Shown: one piece after another, positions 19,621 to 29,170 of the stretch
Position numbering within the stretch: position 1 is the first letter of the stretch
Layout: the number at the start of each line of letters is the position of its first letter
Source of the DNA: a virus
Taxonomy: Duplodnaviria > Caudoviricetes
Reading direction: 5' to 3' (one strand)
IMG/VR virus record: IMGVR_UViG_3300021387_001147
Coordinates: 23,961-87,960 of that record
DNA: 64,000 bases
The notes under the pieces: model-generated
Databases searched by the model: none
What the model was told of the DNA's origin: nothing
What the model saw: only the letters and a program-made list of their open reading frames with translations
Position numbers and translations under genes: made by a program

Positions 19621-19684
19621 GTGGTTTTGTGACGAAATAGTAAAATTTAAGTCACTCATTTTCATGAAAGGAGATCAAAACGAC

Positions 19685-19882
19685 ATGGTTTACGAACAGA
19701 TTTTAAAGTATTGCGAAGAGGAGAACATTTCGCTCTCAGAATTCGAGAAGAGATGCGAGATCGGAAATGGTACTGTAGGCAAATGGAAGGACGGTAAAAC
19801 GAGTCCTACGATTAAGACTTTGAATAAGATAGCTATTCATACGGATGTCACGATTGGATACTGGCTGGGAGGGATGGCATAA
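19685..19882 (+). CDS. XRE/Cro-like HTH regulator
   Basis: ISLSEFEKRCEIGNGTVGKWKDGKTSPTIKTLNKIA. Confidence 0.88.
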   Translation: MVYEQILKYCEEENISLSEFEKRCEIGNGTVGKWKDGKTSPTIKTLNKIAIHTDVTIGYWLGGMA

Positions 19883-20220
19883 TGTATGAGCTTAGCAGAA
19901 ACAGATTCAAAGAGCTTAAACACTTCTGTTTACAGTATCCTGAAATGAAGGAAAGGGCATCCAAATTATATTCTGAAGCCTATGAAAATGACTTTGATCC
20001 AACAGGCAAGATTGCTTCAGAACTTGCTGACATAAAGAAAGCGATGAATCTGATCGAGATGACAGCATTCAATGTCGGAAAATTCCCGGGGGAGAAAATT
20101 CTGAAAATCGTTACAGAAGGAAGGGTAGTGGGAGAAGTCTGTCCTGGTGATAATGACATTTGCGAGTGGCATCTTCGGAAGTTTTACTGGATGCTGGATA
20201 AAGCTAAGGGTGTGATTTGA
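19882..20220 (+). CDS. Conserved phage protein (possible regulator)
   Basis: ELKHFCLQYPE motif; coupled to HTH gene. Confidence 0.65.
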   Translation: MYELSRNRFKELKHFCLQYPEMKERASKLYSEAYENDFDPTGKIASELADIKKAMNLIEMTAFNVGKFPGEKILKIVTEGRVVGEVCPGDNDICEWHLRKFYWMLDKAKGVI

Positions 20221-20261
20221 AGCAAATATTACAACTCTTAAAATAGAAAGGAGTGATGAAT

Positions 20262-20432
20262 ATGAAAGAAATAATACTGTATTCCGAAGGTCATATCTTT
20301 GCCAGCGATGCAGAAAGGATAAAGCAAATATGTGACGAACTTAATCAAAAGCTGGCGGCTGAAGGATATCTTTCGGCATACGATGCCCTTGATGAAATCT
20401 ATGAAGCACTCGGCATTAAAGAGGCAGATTAA
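20262..20432 (+). CDS. 56-aa protein resembling the C-terminal domain of the 33815/35552 family
   Basis: Not in ORF track; RBS aaaggag; IFASDAERIKQICDELNQKL aligns with FKSDVETIQRACMSLTKRL. Confidence 0.6.
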   Translation: MKEIILYSEGHIFASDAERIKQICDELNQKLAAEGYLSAYDALDEIYEALGIKEAD

Positions 20433-20490
20433 ACATCTGCTTCTTATTTTGCAATTATTACATCTCCTAGTATAGAAAGGAGTGATATTT

Positions 20491-20697
20491 ATGACGGATT
20501 TAGAATTTCAGAAGGCTAGAGGAGACGAACATTTCAAAGCTTTAACAAAAGCCTGGTCTGATATTGAGTGTTATCAAAAGAGGATCAGTGAGCTGTATGA
20601 AAAGTTAAACGAGAAAGATTTGGAGATATATCGTCTCAAATGTCAGATCTCTGATTTGAAATTCGACTTAAATTATTACAAAACGAGGCAAGAGTAA
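20491..20697 (+). CDS. Small coiled-coil protein
   Basis: RBS aaaggag, heptad pattern. Confidence 0.7.
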   Translation: MTDLEFQKARGDEHFKALTKAWSDIECYQKRISELYEKLNEKDLEIYRLKCQISDLKFDLNYYKTRQE

Positions 20698-20753
20698 CAT
20701 CTTGCTTCTTTTTGCAATTATTACAGCTCCTAGTATAGAAAGGAGTGATATTT

Positions 20754-20990
20754 ATGGTAATAAAAACAAAGGAACTTAAGGACAGATTAAGCACTATGCG
20801 AGATCTTTATAATAAGCAGTCAGCACATGCTTATGCGGCACGAGTACAGTTGGAACTCGAATCATTTGATATTTGTGATTACGGTTATGTTACAATACCG
20901 CGAGCTGTTTATGATGCTGTTATATCAAATCTCAAGAATAGTGAAGCGATGTCCGACAAACTTCTTGAAGAATTTAATAAATTACAATAG
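20754..20990 (+). CDS. Small hypothetical cassette protein
   Basis: RBS aaaggag. Confidence 0.65.
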   Translation: MVIKTKELKDRLSTMRDLYNKQSAHAYAARVQLELESFDICDYGYVTIPRAVYDAVISNLKNSEAMSDKLLEEFNKLQ

Positions 20991-21093
20991 TATTGCTAAA
21001 AAGAGACTGGATTAACATCTGGTCCTCTTTTTTCAACATAATTTACACTTCCTATAATGAAACCTATTATCAATTTCATGAAAGGAGGAAATT

Positions 21094-21396
21094 ATGGATA
21101 AGGAAAGACTCAAAAAGGATGCTAAATTCTGCAAAGACAAGATTAAAGACTTTTGGCATGATCATAAACGAGAGATCAAAAGAACAATAAAGATCGGTGG
21201 AGTTTGTATGCTTATCGGATTTTTGAAAGGAGTTAAATTCGAGTCAATAAATACTGGAAAACTCATTGATAGACTTCCGAAAACACCAGACTTAGATGAT
21301 CTGGACGATTGGCTCGTTGCTTCTGGTATGTCAAAGAAAGAGCTTGAATACTTTATCAATGAATTGGCAGACAATGACCTTATTCCTATCGAATAA
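21094..21396 (+). CDS. Basic helix + single TM protein
   Basis: KDKIKDFWHDHK then IGGVCMLIGFL. Confidence 0.7.
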   Translation: MDKERLKKDAKFCKDKIKDFWHDHKREIKRTIKIGGVCMLIGFLKGVKFESINTGKLIDRLPKTPDLDDLDDWLVASGMSKKELEYFINELADNDLIPIE

Positions 21397-21491
21397 TTGA
21401 TGATTGGCGATAAGAGCATCTACTACAGGTGCTCTTAATTTTTACATATCCTATGATGAAATAAACTTTATATTTTCGAAAGGAGATACTT

Positions 21492-21800
21492 ATGGTAGAA
21501 AAAGAGGTATTGCAGAATTTTATAGGAATTAAATTCTGGGATTTAAAAAGGCAACTCGGTGTCGATAACGATTATTCCGACTATAAGCAGAATAATATTA
21601 GACAGACATATCTTGACGAATGCATCGAATTGTTACCGTATTTAATGACAAGAAGCGGAACTGTAGATGAGGCAAAAAGACTGACAAAATATTATTTTGT
21701 ACTAAAGGTGTCAGAGCATCGTCACGATCTCGATATCACCAAGGCCAGAATTGATTTGGGAATTGCAGAGCTCAAAGAAAAGTGTTGTAAGGAAATTTAG
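21492..21800 (+). CDS. Stand-alone paralog of phage RNAP helical module (copy 1)
   Basis: RQTYLDEC...SEHRHDLDITKARIDLGIAELKEK aligns with RNAP 62641-62826. Confidence 0.6.
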   Translation: MVEKEVLQNFIGIKFWDLKRQLGVDNDYSDYKQNNIRQTYLDECIELLPYLMTRSGTVDEAKRLTKYYFVLKVSEHRHDLDITKARIDLGIAELKEKCCKEI

Positions 21801-21877
21801 AAATGAAAAAGATGAGGAGTCCTAACAAGGGCTCTTCTTTTTGTTGAGTGAAACGAAACAGCAAGGAGGTTATATTT

Positions 21878-22147
21878 ATGGGACCAGATTTATTAGAAAT
21901 TTACATTCCATGGACTGGCGAGATTGTTAAGACAACCCATACGAATCTTATGAGCAGCATTAAGACATTAAACAAGCTATCTCGTCCTGTTGAGTTATGG
22001 TCGTTACGGTATGCGTTTGGATTAGAGCAAAGTGCATCGAGTAAAAGAACTGTCATTTTGACAGATTCATCTGAAAACCTTGGAGTCAGAACGGCAAGGC
22101 TAAACGACAAAATAGTATTTGAATTCTACATTCGAACTGATCTGTAA
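21878..22147 (+). CDS. Hypothetical protein
   Basis: RBS aaggagg. Confidence 0.55.
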   Translation: MGPDLLEIYIPWTGEIVKTTHTNLMSSIKTLNKLSRPVELWSLRYAFGLEQSASSKRTVILTDSSENLGVRTARLNDKIVFEFYIRTDL

Positions 22148-22202
22148 TTTTTACAGCTCCTTTAATGACACTAGCATTATTATTCAAAAGGAGGAATTCA
22201 GT

Positions 22203-22463
22203 ATGAAAACACCTAAAAATGAAGTGGTAAACGTTGGAATTGAAACACTTAAAAGTCTTATTATGAAGCTTGCATATGGAGAAGGAGAATCAGATGATTT
22301 TGATAGCATTGTTGCTATTAATGAAATACTCAAAGTTCTTCTCGACGAGGTAGCTGCAATTGAGGCCGATCGTGATCAGTACAAGGAAGCCGCATCAAGA
22401 TTAAGAAACGATAAAACTATTGAATTAGAATGGGATAAAGTTGATAAAAGTAGTGTCAAATGA
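22203..22463 (+). CDS. Small helical cassette protein
   Basis: RBS aaggagga, own promoter motif. Confidence 0.7.
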   Translation: MKTPKNEVVNVGIETLKSLIMKLAYGEGESDDFDSIVAINEILKVLLDEVAAIEADRDQYKEAASRLRNDKTIELEWDKVDKSSVK

Positions 22464-22613
22464 TTGGACTGACCCTATGTGATGATATTTTACATGGGGT
22501 CTTTTCTTTGCAATTGTTGCATCTTTTTTTTAATGATACAATAATGCTTTTTCGCAAATTCTACACTCCATATAATGTAAGTAATAACTAACTTTTCAAA
22601 AGGAGGAAACATT

Positions 22614-22817
22614 ATGACAAACGAAAACTATGCGAACACTCGTGTAACGAAGAAGTACCGTATGGCTGTAGTTTCAGCAACAGCAGCACATCTTCAGAAT
22701 GCAAGAGCATCTGAGAATGGTATTGTGACGGTTGACCAGAGCTATCTTGCAGCGGTATTAAAATGCTTGAGTGCAGAAAAGACCGTTGAAGTCAGAAAGA
22801 TTGATGAGGAAAAGTAA
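22614..22817 (+). CDS. Small cassette protein
   Basis: RBS aaggagga. Confidence 0.7.
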   Translation: MTNENYANTRVTKKYRMAVVSATAAHLQNARASENGIVTVDQSYLAAVLKCLSAEKTVEVRKIDEEK

Positions 22818-22921
22818 CAAGTTATGAAACTAAAAATAGGAGAGGTACTGCTTCTCCTATTGTTTTTCTAATTGCTTCATGATATTCTATTCGTACACTT
22901 TACTAAAAGGAGGAGAGACCT

Positions 22922-23137
22922 ATGAAAGTGACGTTTGATGAGTATCTTGAAGCTTGTAACAGAAGCGTTGAAAATCCAGATATTCCTATGCCGATTCCAT
23001 GTGCTAGCTGTGAGGATGAAATGATGGAATACGATTCAGATAGTGAAAGTTATATTTGCCCATCTTGTGGAAGAGAAGTGCTACTTGAAGATAAAGACGA
23101 ATATCTTGAGGACATTGTATCAGGAAAGTATGAATAA
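22922..23137 (+). CDS. Zinc-ribbon protein
   Basis: CASC...CPSCG. Confidence 0.7.
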   Translation: MKVTFDEYLEACNRSVENPDIPMPIPCASCEDEMMEYDSDSESYICPSCGREVLLEDKDEYLEDIVSGKYE

Positions 23138-23242
23138 TAGAATTTCAAAAGGCTCTATCAGAAATGGTAGGGTCTTTTCTATTCGTAAAAATTACATCGG
23201 CTATAATGCAATGTAAACATTTATTTCAGAAAGGAGAAAATT

Positions 23243-23554
23243 ATGGCTTGGAAAGAAACTGTAAACAAATTCATGGAGCTTGGAAAGAGATTCATGCCTG
23301 AGGATTATGATTTCTCTGAATACAAGGAAGAGGGACATGGCAGTAAAAACAGCCGCAAAGTCCGGCAGGTCTATATTGGTGAATGCGTAACCACATTACC
23401 AATCATGATCTTAAAAGGAGCCGATGACGATGAGCTGATGAGGATCACTGTTATGTACTACGTACTTCTGAAGTCAGAGAAACTTGGGCTTGACTTCGGA
23501 AAGGCATGGCGCGAACTCAGGATCGACGAGATTAGAGACAAGTATACCTTCTAA
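23243..23554 (+). CDS. Stand-alone paralog of phage RNAP helical module (copy 2)
   Basis: RQVYIGE...MILKGADDDELMR...KSEKLGLDF...RIDEIRDKY. Confidence 0.65.
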   Translation: MAWKETVNKFMELGKRFMPEDYDFSEYKEEGHGSKNSRKVRQVYIGECVTTLPIMILKGADDDELMRITVMYYVLLKSEKLGLDFGKAWRELRIDEIRDKYTF

Positions 23555-23673
23555 GTTATATTTATGCTATCGAGAAGGAGGGACTTAGCACGAGACTGTT
23601 GCAAGTCCTTTCTTTTTCGCAATTTTAACAGCTCCTAGTATAGAAAAGAAGAGGCTTTTGAAAGGAGAGTATT

Positions 23674-24039
23674 ATGGCAAATAACGAACTTAGTATTGAT
23701 TGCATACTGTATATCGGCACATTATTTGAAAAATGGCGTAATCTGCTTTCGAAAGAAGACATTGCTGAATTACATAAGAAGTATGCTTTAGCACCAGATG
23801 TGACAATAATGGCAGAAAAAGCTTATAGAAAGAGGCAGAGATGCATTGGCGAAGCCGTGAGACTCATTTATGCTATTTTAGAGGATGAGGGTCTGGCCAT
23901 TACGTCAATGAATTTCAACAACGCTATGAGATATCTGCTTGTATCTATGGATTGTGTGAAGTATGCTCTTGATGTCGACTTCGCAAGAGCAGATAATGTC
24001 ATCGCTGAAATGAAAGAACAGTACATATTGAAACATTGA
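23674..24039 (+). CDS. Stand-alone paralog of phage RNAP helical module (copy 3)
   Basis: RQRCIGEAVRLI...MDCVKYALD...ARADNVIAEMKEQY. Confidence 0.65.
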   Translation: MANNELSIDCILYIGTLFEKWRNLLSKEDIAELHKKYALAPDVTIMAEKAYRKRQRCIGEAVRLIYAILEDEGLAITSMNFNNAMRYLLVSMDCVKYALDVDFARADNVIAEMKEQYILKH

Positions 24040-24151
24040 GCTTGTAATTGCTAACTAAATAATTTACAAAGCCTCTTCTTTTTTTTTTTCGCAAATTTAA
24101 CATTTACTTTAATGATATACATTAACTATTTATTATAAAGGAGGAAATGAC

Positions 24152-24328
24152 ATGAAAAGCTGGATCTTGAAAATGATTGGATTTATTCATGGAGGTGTGT
24201 TTATGACGAGTATTTGTATGAACGCTATACTTGCTCTCATTATAGCGCTCATGTATAAAGAAGACAAGAAGAAAGAAAAAGAGAATCCATGGCACAGTTA
24301 TAGCGGATATTATAATGAAAAGAGATGA
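24152..24328 (+). CDS. 58-aa membrane protein
   Basis: Not in ORF track; RBS aaggagga; hydrophobic core. Confidence 0.65.
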   Translation: MKSWILKMIGFIHGGVFMTSICMNAILALIIALMYKEDKKKEKENPWHSYSGYYNEKR

Positions 24329-24336
24329 TATTTTCG

Positions 24337-24367
24337 AAAGCTTCAGGCAGAAATGTCTGGGGCTTTT
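24337..24367 (+). terminator. Hairpin terminator, identical copy at 37644-37674
   Basis: aaagcttcaggcagaaatgtctggggctttt. Confidence 0.75.
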
Positions 24368-24430
24368 AATTTTTACAAGTCCTATGATGAGATACTTGTT
24401 AACCAGTATTCAAAGCAAAGGAGGAAAATT

Positions 24431-24802
24431 ATGAATGAAGTAACTGTAACTAAAAGGCAGAAGGCAAAGAAGTGGCTTGATGATCACACAGTTGAACTCT
24501 TGTTAGGAACAGTTGCTGTGGTTAGCGCTGGAGCTGGCATCATATGGGGATTTGATCTCGGTGACACACGAGGCTTTACTAGAGGATTAAAGACCTTTAG
24601 AAAAGAGCATTGTGATGTAGCAAAGACGATCCTTAATGAAGCAGCTCATGAAGGAGCTTTTACAGCACTGAAACTTGTGAGAGACAACAAAGAGGTATAC
24701 GAGCAGCTTCTTAAGGAACCAGATGCCGTAATCAGTAAAGTTGGGGAATTATTCTACAATTCCGAGTATGCAACGAGTATGCTGGATGTACTGAAAGAGT
24801 AA
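24431..24802 (+). CDS. Basic helix + single TM protein
   Basis: KAKKWLDDH then LLLGTVAVVSAGAGIIWGF. Confidence 0.7.
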   Translation: MNEVTVTKRQKAKKWLDDHTVELLLGTVAVVSAGAGIIWGFDLGDTRGFTRGLKTFRKEHCDVAKTILNEAAHEGAFTALKLVRDNKEVYEQLLKEPDAVISKVGELFYNSEYATSMLDVLKE

Positions 24803-24810
24803 TCTCACAA

Positions 24811-24846
24811 AAGGGCTTGCAGTTAATGCTGCAGGCCTTTATTTTT
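24811..24846 (+). terminator. Hairpin terminator, 25-bp identical copy at 28432-28456
   Basis: aagggcttgcagttaatgctgcagg + T-tract. Confidence 0.7.
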
Positions 24847-24905
24847 CTGCTCAAATATTATGAGAGCTGGTGAGTGCAGTGAACGAACTAACAAAAGGAG
24901 AGCTT

Positions 24906-25403
24906 ATGGACAAACTTTATATTCATTACGGGTCTGATCATTTAATCAAAGAGAAAGTTACTGAAATGAAACATGAAGCAGGAAGCAATATGTATATAAA
25001 TAAGCCTGACTTCGGACTTTGGGGCTCTCCAGTTGACTGTGAATTCGGATGGAAGGAGTGGTGCGAATCCGAAGACTTTCATACGGATACTCTTGATCAA
25101 TATTTTGTATTCAAGGTGAAAGACGGAGCCAAGATTTTTACAGTGAGAAAGAATGATGACGTATCAGACTATCTTCTCACTCCATATCTGTATACGCTCG
25201 AATATATGTTCCCACCGAAATACATAGATTTCAACAAAATCATGAAAGAATACGACGGCATGGAATTAATTCACGGCGATAACTATATGGATCTTCATTA
25301 TGGGTATTTCTACAGTTGGGATGTTGATTCAATAGTCGTCTGGAATCCGGATGTTATCGAAGTAGTTAGGAAGTATACGCAAAAACTACACATACTAAGA
25401 TAG
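24906..25403 (+). CDS. Conserved phage hypothetical protein
   Basis: KP..GLWGSP and SWDVDSIVVWN motifs. Confidence 0.7.
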   Translation: MDKLYIHYGSDHLIKEKVTEMKHEAGSNMYINKPDFGLWGSPVDCEFGWKEWCESEDFHTDTLDQYFVFKVKDGAKIFTVRKNDDVSDYLLTPYLYTLEYMFPPKYIDFNKIMKEYDGMELIHGDNYMDLHYGYFYSWDVDSIVVWNPDVIEVVRKYTQKLHILR

Positions 25404-25710
25404 AAAGGAGGTTGACCGGGAGGCCGGCAGAGGCACATCTATGGCCATATCTATGTCATCTCTATTTCACATCTAAGTAACGCTTTGAGTTAGATTGCAA
25501 GTAATTCAAGGCGTTATATCTTTTTGAGAAAGGAGGCGAAAAAGTGGATACACTGGGCATTGTTTGTATTGTTTTTACGATTATCATTCAAACTTTTTGT
25601 CTGGGAGAAGATTTGGGTAATTTTAAAGCGGCCGTTAAAGTTACCTGTATCTCTTTCTGGACCATGTTACTCGCTGTGTTACTATTTAAACTAATATGAA
25701 AGGAACTAAA

Positions 25711-26013
25711 ATGAAGGTATTTTTAAGTTATCCAATGAATGGAAAGTCTTTATCTGAGCAGCTTGGAATCAGGCATGCTATGAAAGAAGCATTGTGGAAT
25801 CAAGGCTATGCAGGGTGCGAAGTTACTCATAATGCCTACTGTCCGATTGTAGAAGGAGCAGGTAGACTTTACTACTTAGGACAGGCTATCTCAAAAATGG
25901 ACGGATGTGATGCAGTTGCATTTCATCCTGAGTGGATCAGGGCGAATGGATGCAGAGTTGAAAGATTTGTCGCTGAGATATACGGACTTACTATCATTGA
26001 TCTTGACATGTAA
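25711..26013 (+). CDS. DUF4406-like (nucleoside deoxyribosyltransferase-like fold)
   Basis: VFLSYPMNG...CDAVAF..EW..ANGC.VE. Confidence 0.75.
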   Translation: MKVFLSYPMNGKSLSEQLGIRHAMKEALWNQGYAGCEVTHNAYCPIVEGAGRLYYLGQAISKMDGCDAVAFHPEWIRANGCRVERFVAEIYGLTIIDLDM

Positions 26014-26029
26014 AGGAGTGATATTTATC

Positions 26030-26314
26030 ATGTGGATTTTAATTTTGACATTTATAATCGGCTTACTGATGGGCATTGTGATAGGCATTCCTGTAACACT
26101 ATATCTCTATAAAGCAGGAACTCTTGTAATTGATCAATCTGATCTTATCACAGACAAATACTCATTCGAAATAGATAAGGATCTTGCTAAGCTGCCTCGT
26201 GAAGATTATATTTCAATGAAGATCAAAGTAATAAACGAGCGTCCAGAAGTCGTTACTGAAGAGCATGTTAAGAAGTATTTAGACGTGCCTGAAGATGACC
26301 TTGACCCGCAATAA
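26030..26314 (+). CDS. N-terminal TM protein
   Basis: MWILILTFIIGLLMGIVIG; RBS aaggag. Confidence 0.7.
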   Translation: MWILILTFIIGLLMGIVIGIPVTLYLYKAGTLVIDQSDLITDKYSFEIDKDLAKLPREDYISMKIKVINERPEVVTEEHVKKYLDVPEDDLDPQ

Positions 26315-26369
26315 AAACAATGACTTTAATGAAACTATAAATTTGGTCTTAGAAAGGAGACACGGAAAC

Positions 26370-26768
26370 ATGACAACAAATTATGCGGAAACTCTTGATC
26401 AGATTCTTGAAGTAAATGCAGAATCTATATTGCAGATGGATCTGACAGATGAGAAAGCAGAAAAAGCTGTTAAGAATTTGGAAACTCTTAGTGGCATTCG
26501 TGTTCAACTGTATCAGGCACAGCAAGAAGCATATGAAGCTGAAGTTAAGGCTCAGCAGGAAGATGCTAAGGCTGTACTTGATCGGAAGAATACGGTTGCA
26601 ACATGGGCAACCAATGGCTTCACAGCTGTATTGATGCTTTTCTCTGCGGTAACTCCGTTTGTGATCATGAACGCTGAGAAAGAGGGCAGATTCTGGTCGA
26701 GAGCTGCCATGAATGCTGTCGAAAAGGGTCCGAAGTTTGGATTCGTAAAGGCTATTTTTAGGAAGTAG
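26370..26768 (+). CDS. Coiled-coil + TM protein
   Basis: RBS aaaggag. Confidence 0.7.
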   Translation: MTTNYAETLDQILEVNAESILQMDLTDEKAEKAVKNLETLSGIRVQLYQAQQEAYEAEVKAQQEDAKAVLDRKNTVATWATNGFTAVLMLFSAVTPFVIMNAEKEGRFWSRAAMNAVEKGPKFGFVKAIFRK

Positions 26769-26872
26769 TTTCAATCGGTTTAAGGCCCTGTGTGATATTT
26801 TACATGGGGTCTTAATTTTTACAAGTCGTATAGTGATACTAATTAAAATGTTTCTGAGAAAGGAGAAATGTT

Positions 26873-27220
26873 ATGAAGGAAGAAACTATTAACAAACTTG
26901 ACAGGATCAAAAGAAAGATCGATGACCATCCACTTTTGGCAGGTCTTATTATAGGCATATCAACCGGGTCGATCATTGGCATTCCTTATTTGATTGGCTA
27001 CAAGCACGGTAAAGTAGACATGCTTAATACTGTGGATAAAAGTACAGAGCCAATCATTCAGAGAGCCTTTGACATTGGTGGAGAAGTCGTGTATAGGACG
27101 ATTAAAGAAAAGGCACCGAAAGCTTTCGATATGATACATAAAGAAGTTGGGACGTTTTTAACAGTTGAGTATCCTGGAGCAACAGTAGACTATTTCAAAG
27201 GAACTATCAGAGTAAAATAA
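26873..27220 (+). CDS. Basic helix + single TM protein
   Basis: KRKIDDHP then LLAGLIIGI...YLIGYKHG. Confidence 0.7.
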   Translation: MKEETINKLDRIKRKIDDHPLLAGLIIGISTGSIIGIPYLIGYKHGKVDMLNTVDKSTEPIIQRAFDIGGEVVYRTIKEKAPKAFDMIHKEVGTFLTVEYPGATVDYFKGTIRVK

Positions 27221-27290
27221 GTATTATTAAGGGCTTGTGGCAAATGCTACAGGTCCTTATATTTTTCGCAAAAACTACACATACTAAGAT

Positions 27291-27453
27291 AGAGAGTAAA
27301 TACAAACTGAAGACTAGTTTCAGTTAAGTATTGAGCTCAAGGGATAAGAGCTAGTGGTTCTAGTATCCTAAACCCTAACCAGGCATGGATATTGTTCAAG
27401 TAGAGTGGGAATCTTGAAAAGGATTCTGCACCCCTTGCAACTCTTATTTTTTT
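27291..27453 (+). ncRNA. Putative multi-stem ncRNA cassette
   Basis: Promoter motif, no RBS or ORF, three internal hairpins, 5'/3' closing stem, T-tract. Confidence 0.55.
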
Positions 27454-27549
27454 CTGCTCGAACGTAGTGAGAACTGTGCGAGTGTAACGAGTTTTTCGCA
27501 AATTTAACAGCCACTATGATAGAAAATATTTTATAAGGAGGACGAAAAT

Positions 27550-27750
27550 ATGTTTAGTTTTGAAAGGTCTGTAGCAAAAGTAAGATTGCATTATCATGCC
27601 AATCGAATCGACATTAACAACGCACTTAATCAGTTGCATTTGATGTCTGACGAGAGGAATGAGGAAAGTAATAAGAAGCATACTATGATCCTATTCACAG
27701 ATGTATATCCAAGACTTCTTGGCAGAGATATTTTTAAAGATAAGGAATAA
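27550..27750 (+). CDS. Small cassette protein
   Basis: RBS aaggagga. Confidence 0.7.
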   Translation: MFSFERSVAKVRLHYHANRIDINNALNQLHLMSDERNEESNKKHTMILFTDVYPRLLGRDIFKDKE

Positions 27751-27857
27751 TGAAAAGGGCATCTTTTACAGGTGCTCTTTCTTTTTCGAACGAACCGCAA
27801 ATATTTCATGGATTTTAATGAAAGAAAGGGCTTTCTAATAAAGGAGGAACTTATATT

Positions 27858-28130
27858 ATGAAACGTAACAGAGTCATAAGAATCAACATTTATACTGAAG
27901 GCTATATTGTAGCGGCAGTATGGTTTCTGGCAGCGGCAATAGCTCTGATGACGGCAGGTCATGTAACAGAAAACGTTAAGTACATGATGCTTGTCGGTAT
28001 CGGAAGTTTGTTGACGACTCTTACACAGAGATTGATAACAGAATACAAGAATAGACAAAAAATAAAAAGAATGATGATTGATACATATGGCAAAGATGAA
28101 TACGAAAGGTACATGAAAAGTAAGAAATAA
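27858..28130 (+). CDS. Two-TM small protein
   Basis: RBS aaggagga; two hydrophobic helices. Confidence 0.7.
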   Translation: MKRNRVIRINIYTEGYIVAAVWFLAAAIALMTAGHVTENVKYMMLVGIGSLLTTLTQRLITEYKNRQKIKRMMIDTYGKDEYERYMKSKK

Positions 28131-28260
28131 CTCTTAACTAATTCAAGCCCTTTCTTTTTCTGCTCGAATGGAGTGAGAACTGGTGAGTATGACGAACCGC
28201 AAATATTTCATGGCTTTTAATGATACAATTCAGATTATATTTGAAAGGAGAACTGCAGTT

Positions 28261-28425
28261 ATGAAAATTAATTTAGATATCGGAAAAGCAGGACTTGGCT
28301 TATTCGGTGCTGGCTTAGCTATATTAGCAGGCATTGTTGAGGACAAGAAAATGGAATATACCGTAGAAAAGGAGGTGAAGAAACAGCTCTCTGGAGGAGA
28401 TGAATCTGAAGAAAAGAAGAAATAA
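28261..28425 (+). CDS. Small membrane-associated protein
   Basis: GLGLFGAGLAILAG. Confidence 0.65.
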   Translation: MKINLDIGKAGLGLFGAGLAILAGIVEDKKMEYTVEKEVKKQLSGGDESEEKKK

Positions 28426-28528
28426 AGGCATAAGGGCTTGCAGTTAATGCTGCAGGTCCTTACATTTTTGCAATTTTTACATTCTTTATTATAGAACATA
28501 TTGATCTAAATAAAGGAGGAAAAGGATT

Positions 28529-28768
28529 ATGAAACATGAAAAAATATGGTACTTTCTGGCGTTATTTGGACATGGAAATTTGCTTATGACAGTAATTATA
28601 GCGTTCGTAATTAGGCTTATGCACAACGTAGGTCTTGCATCTAGTACTATGAATAGTATTGGAACTGGACTTGCTATGTATGGCGTGGCTTGTTACGGTG
28701 CTGCATTAACAGTAGCATATTTCCTGGACAAATATGAGGAAAAGGACAAAAGAAAGGAGGCGAAATAA
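28529..28768 (+). CDS. Two-TM small protein
   Basis: RBS aaggagga. Confidence 0.7.
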   Translation: MKHEKIWYFLALFGHGNLLMTVIIAFVIRLMHNVGLASSTMNSIGTGLAMYGVACYGAALTVAYFLDKYEEKDKRKEAK

Positions 28769-28889
28769 TCCTCCTCTTTATTTTTTTTCTGACTGAATTG
28801 AAAATAGTATATTATAGAACAAAATGTTCGCAATATTAACATCTCCTATGATAGAACAATACATGTTTTATTATGAAAGGAGAAGAATT

Positions 28890-29066
28890 ATGTTTAAATT
28901 GTTTGGAATTAAACGCTATACAGAGGGATCAAAGATTGCATGTGTGCAGGATTCAACTGAAGATATGAGTCTTGAGCACTTAGAAATCGATGATCTCAAC
29001 GAAAGGATATTAAGAACAAATGAGAAACTGATGAAAAATTTTCAGGAGATATTAAGAAACATGTAA
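28890..29066 (+). CDS. Small coiled-coil protein
   Basis: RBS aaaggag. Confidence 0.6.
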   Translation: MFKLFGIKRYTEGSKIACVQDSTEDMSLEHLEIDDLNERILRTNEKLMKNFQEILRNM

Positions 29067-29170
29067 AAAAGAATTCGGGGATCTATTACAGGTCCCTGAT
29101 ATTTTCGCAGTTTTTACACTTCTTATAATGAATCAAGATGGAATGAATTCATATAAAGGAGGAAAATATT

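Noticed and set aside
24353-24430. Upstream-extended starts of cassette ORFs (e.g. 24353, 26295, 28183, 30179, 35477)
   Set aside because: Extensions run through terminator and promoter motifs; downstream ATG/TTG with aaaggag SD are the likelier starts.
28511-28780. Long-range pairing of the 28529 gene RBS with its 3' trailer
   Set aside because: The trailer pairs equally well locally (agaaaggagg/cctcctcttt) as an ordinary terminator.
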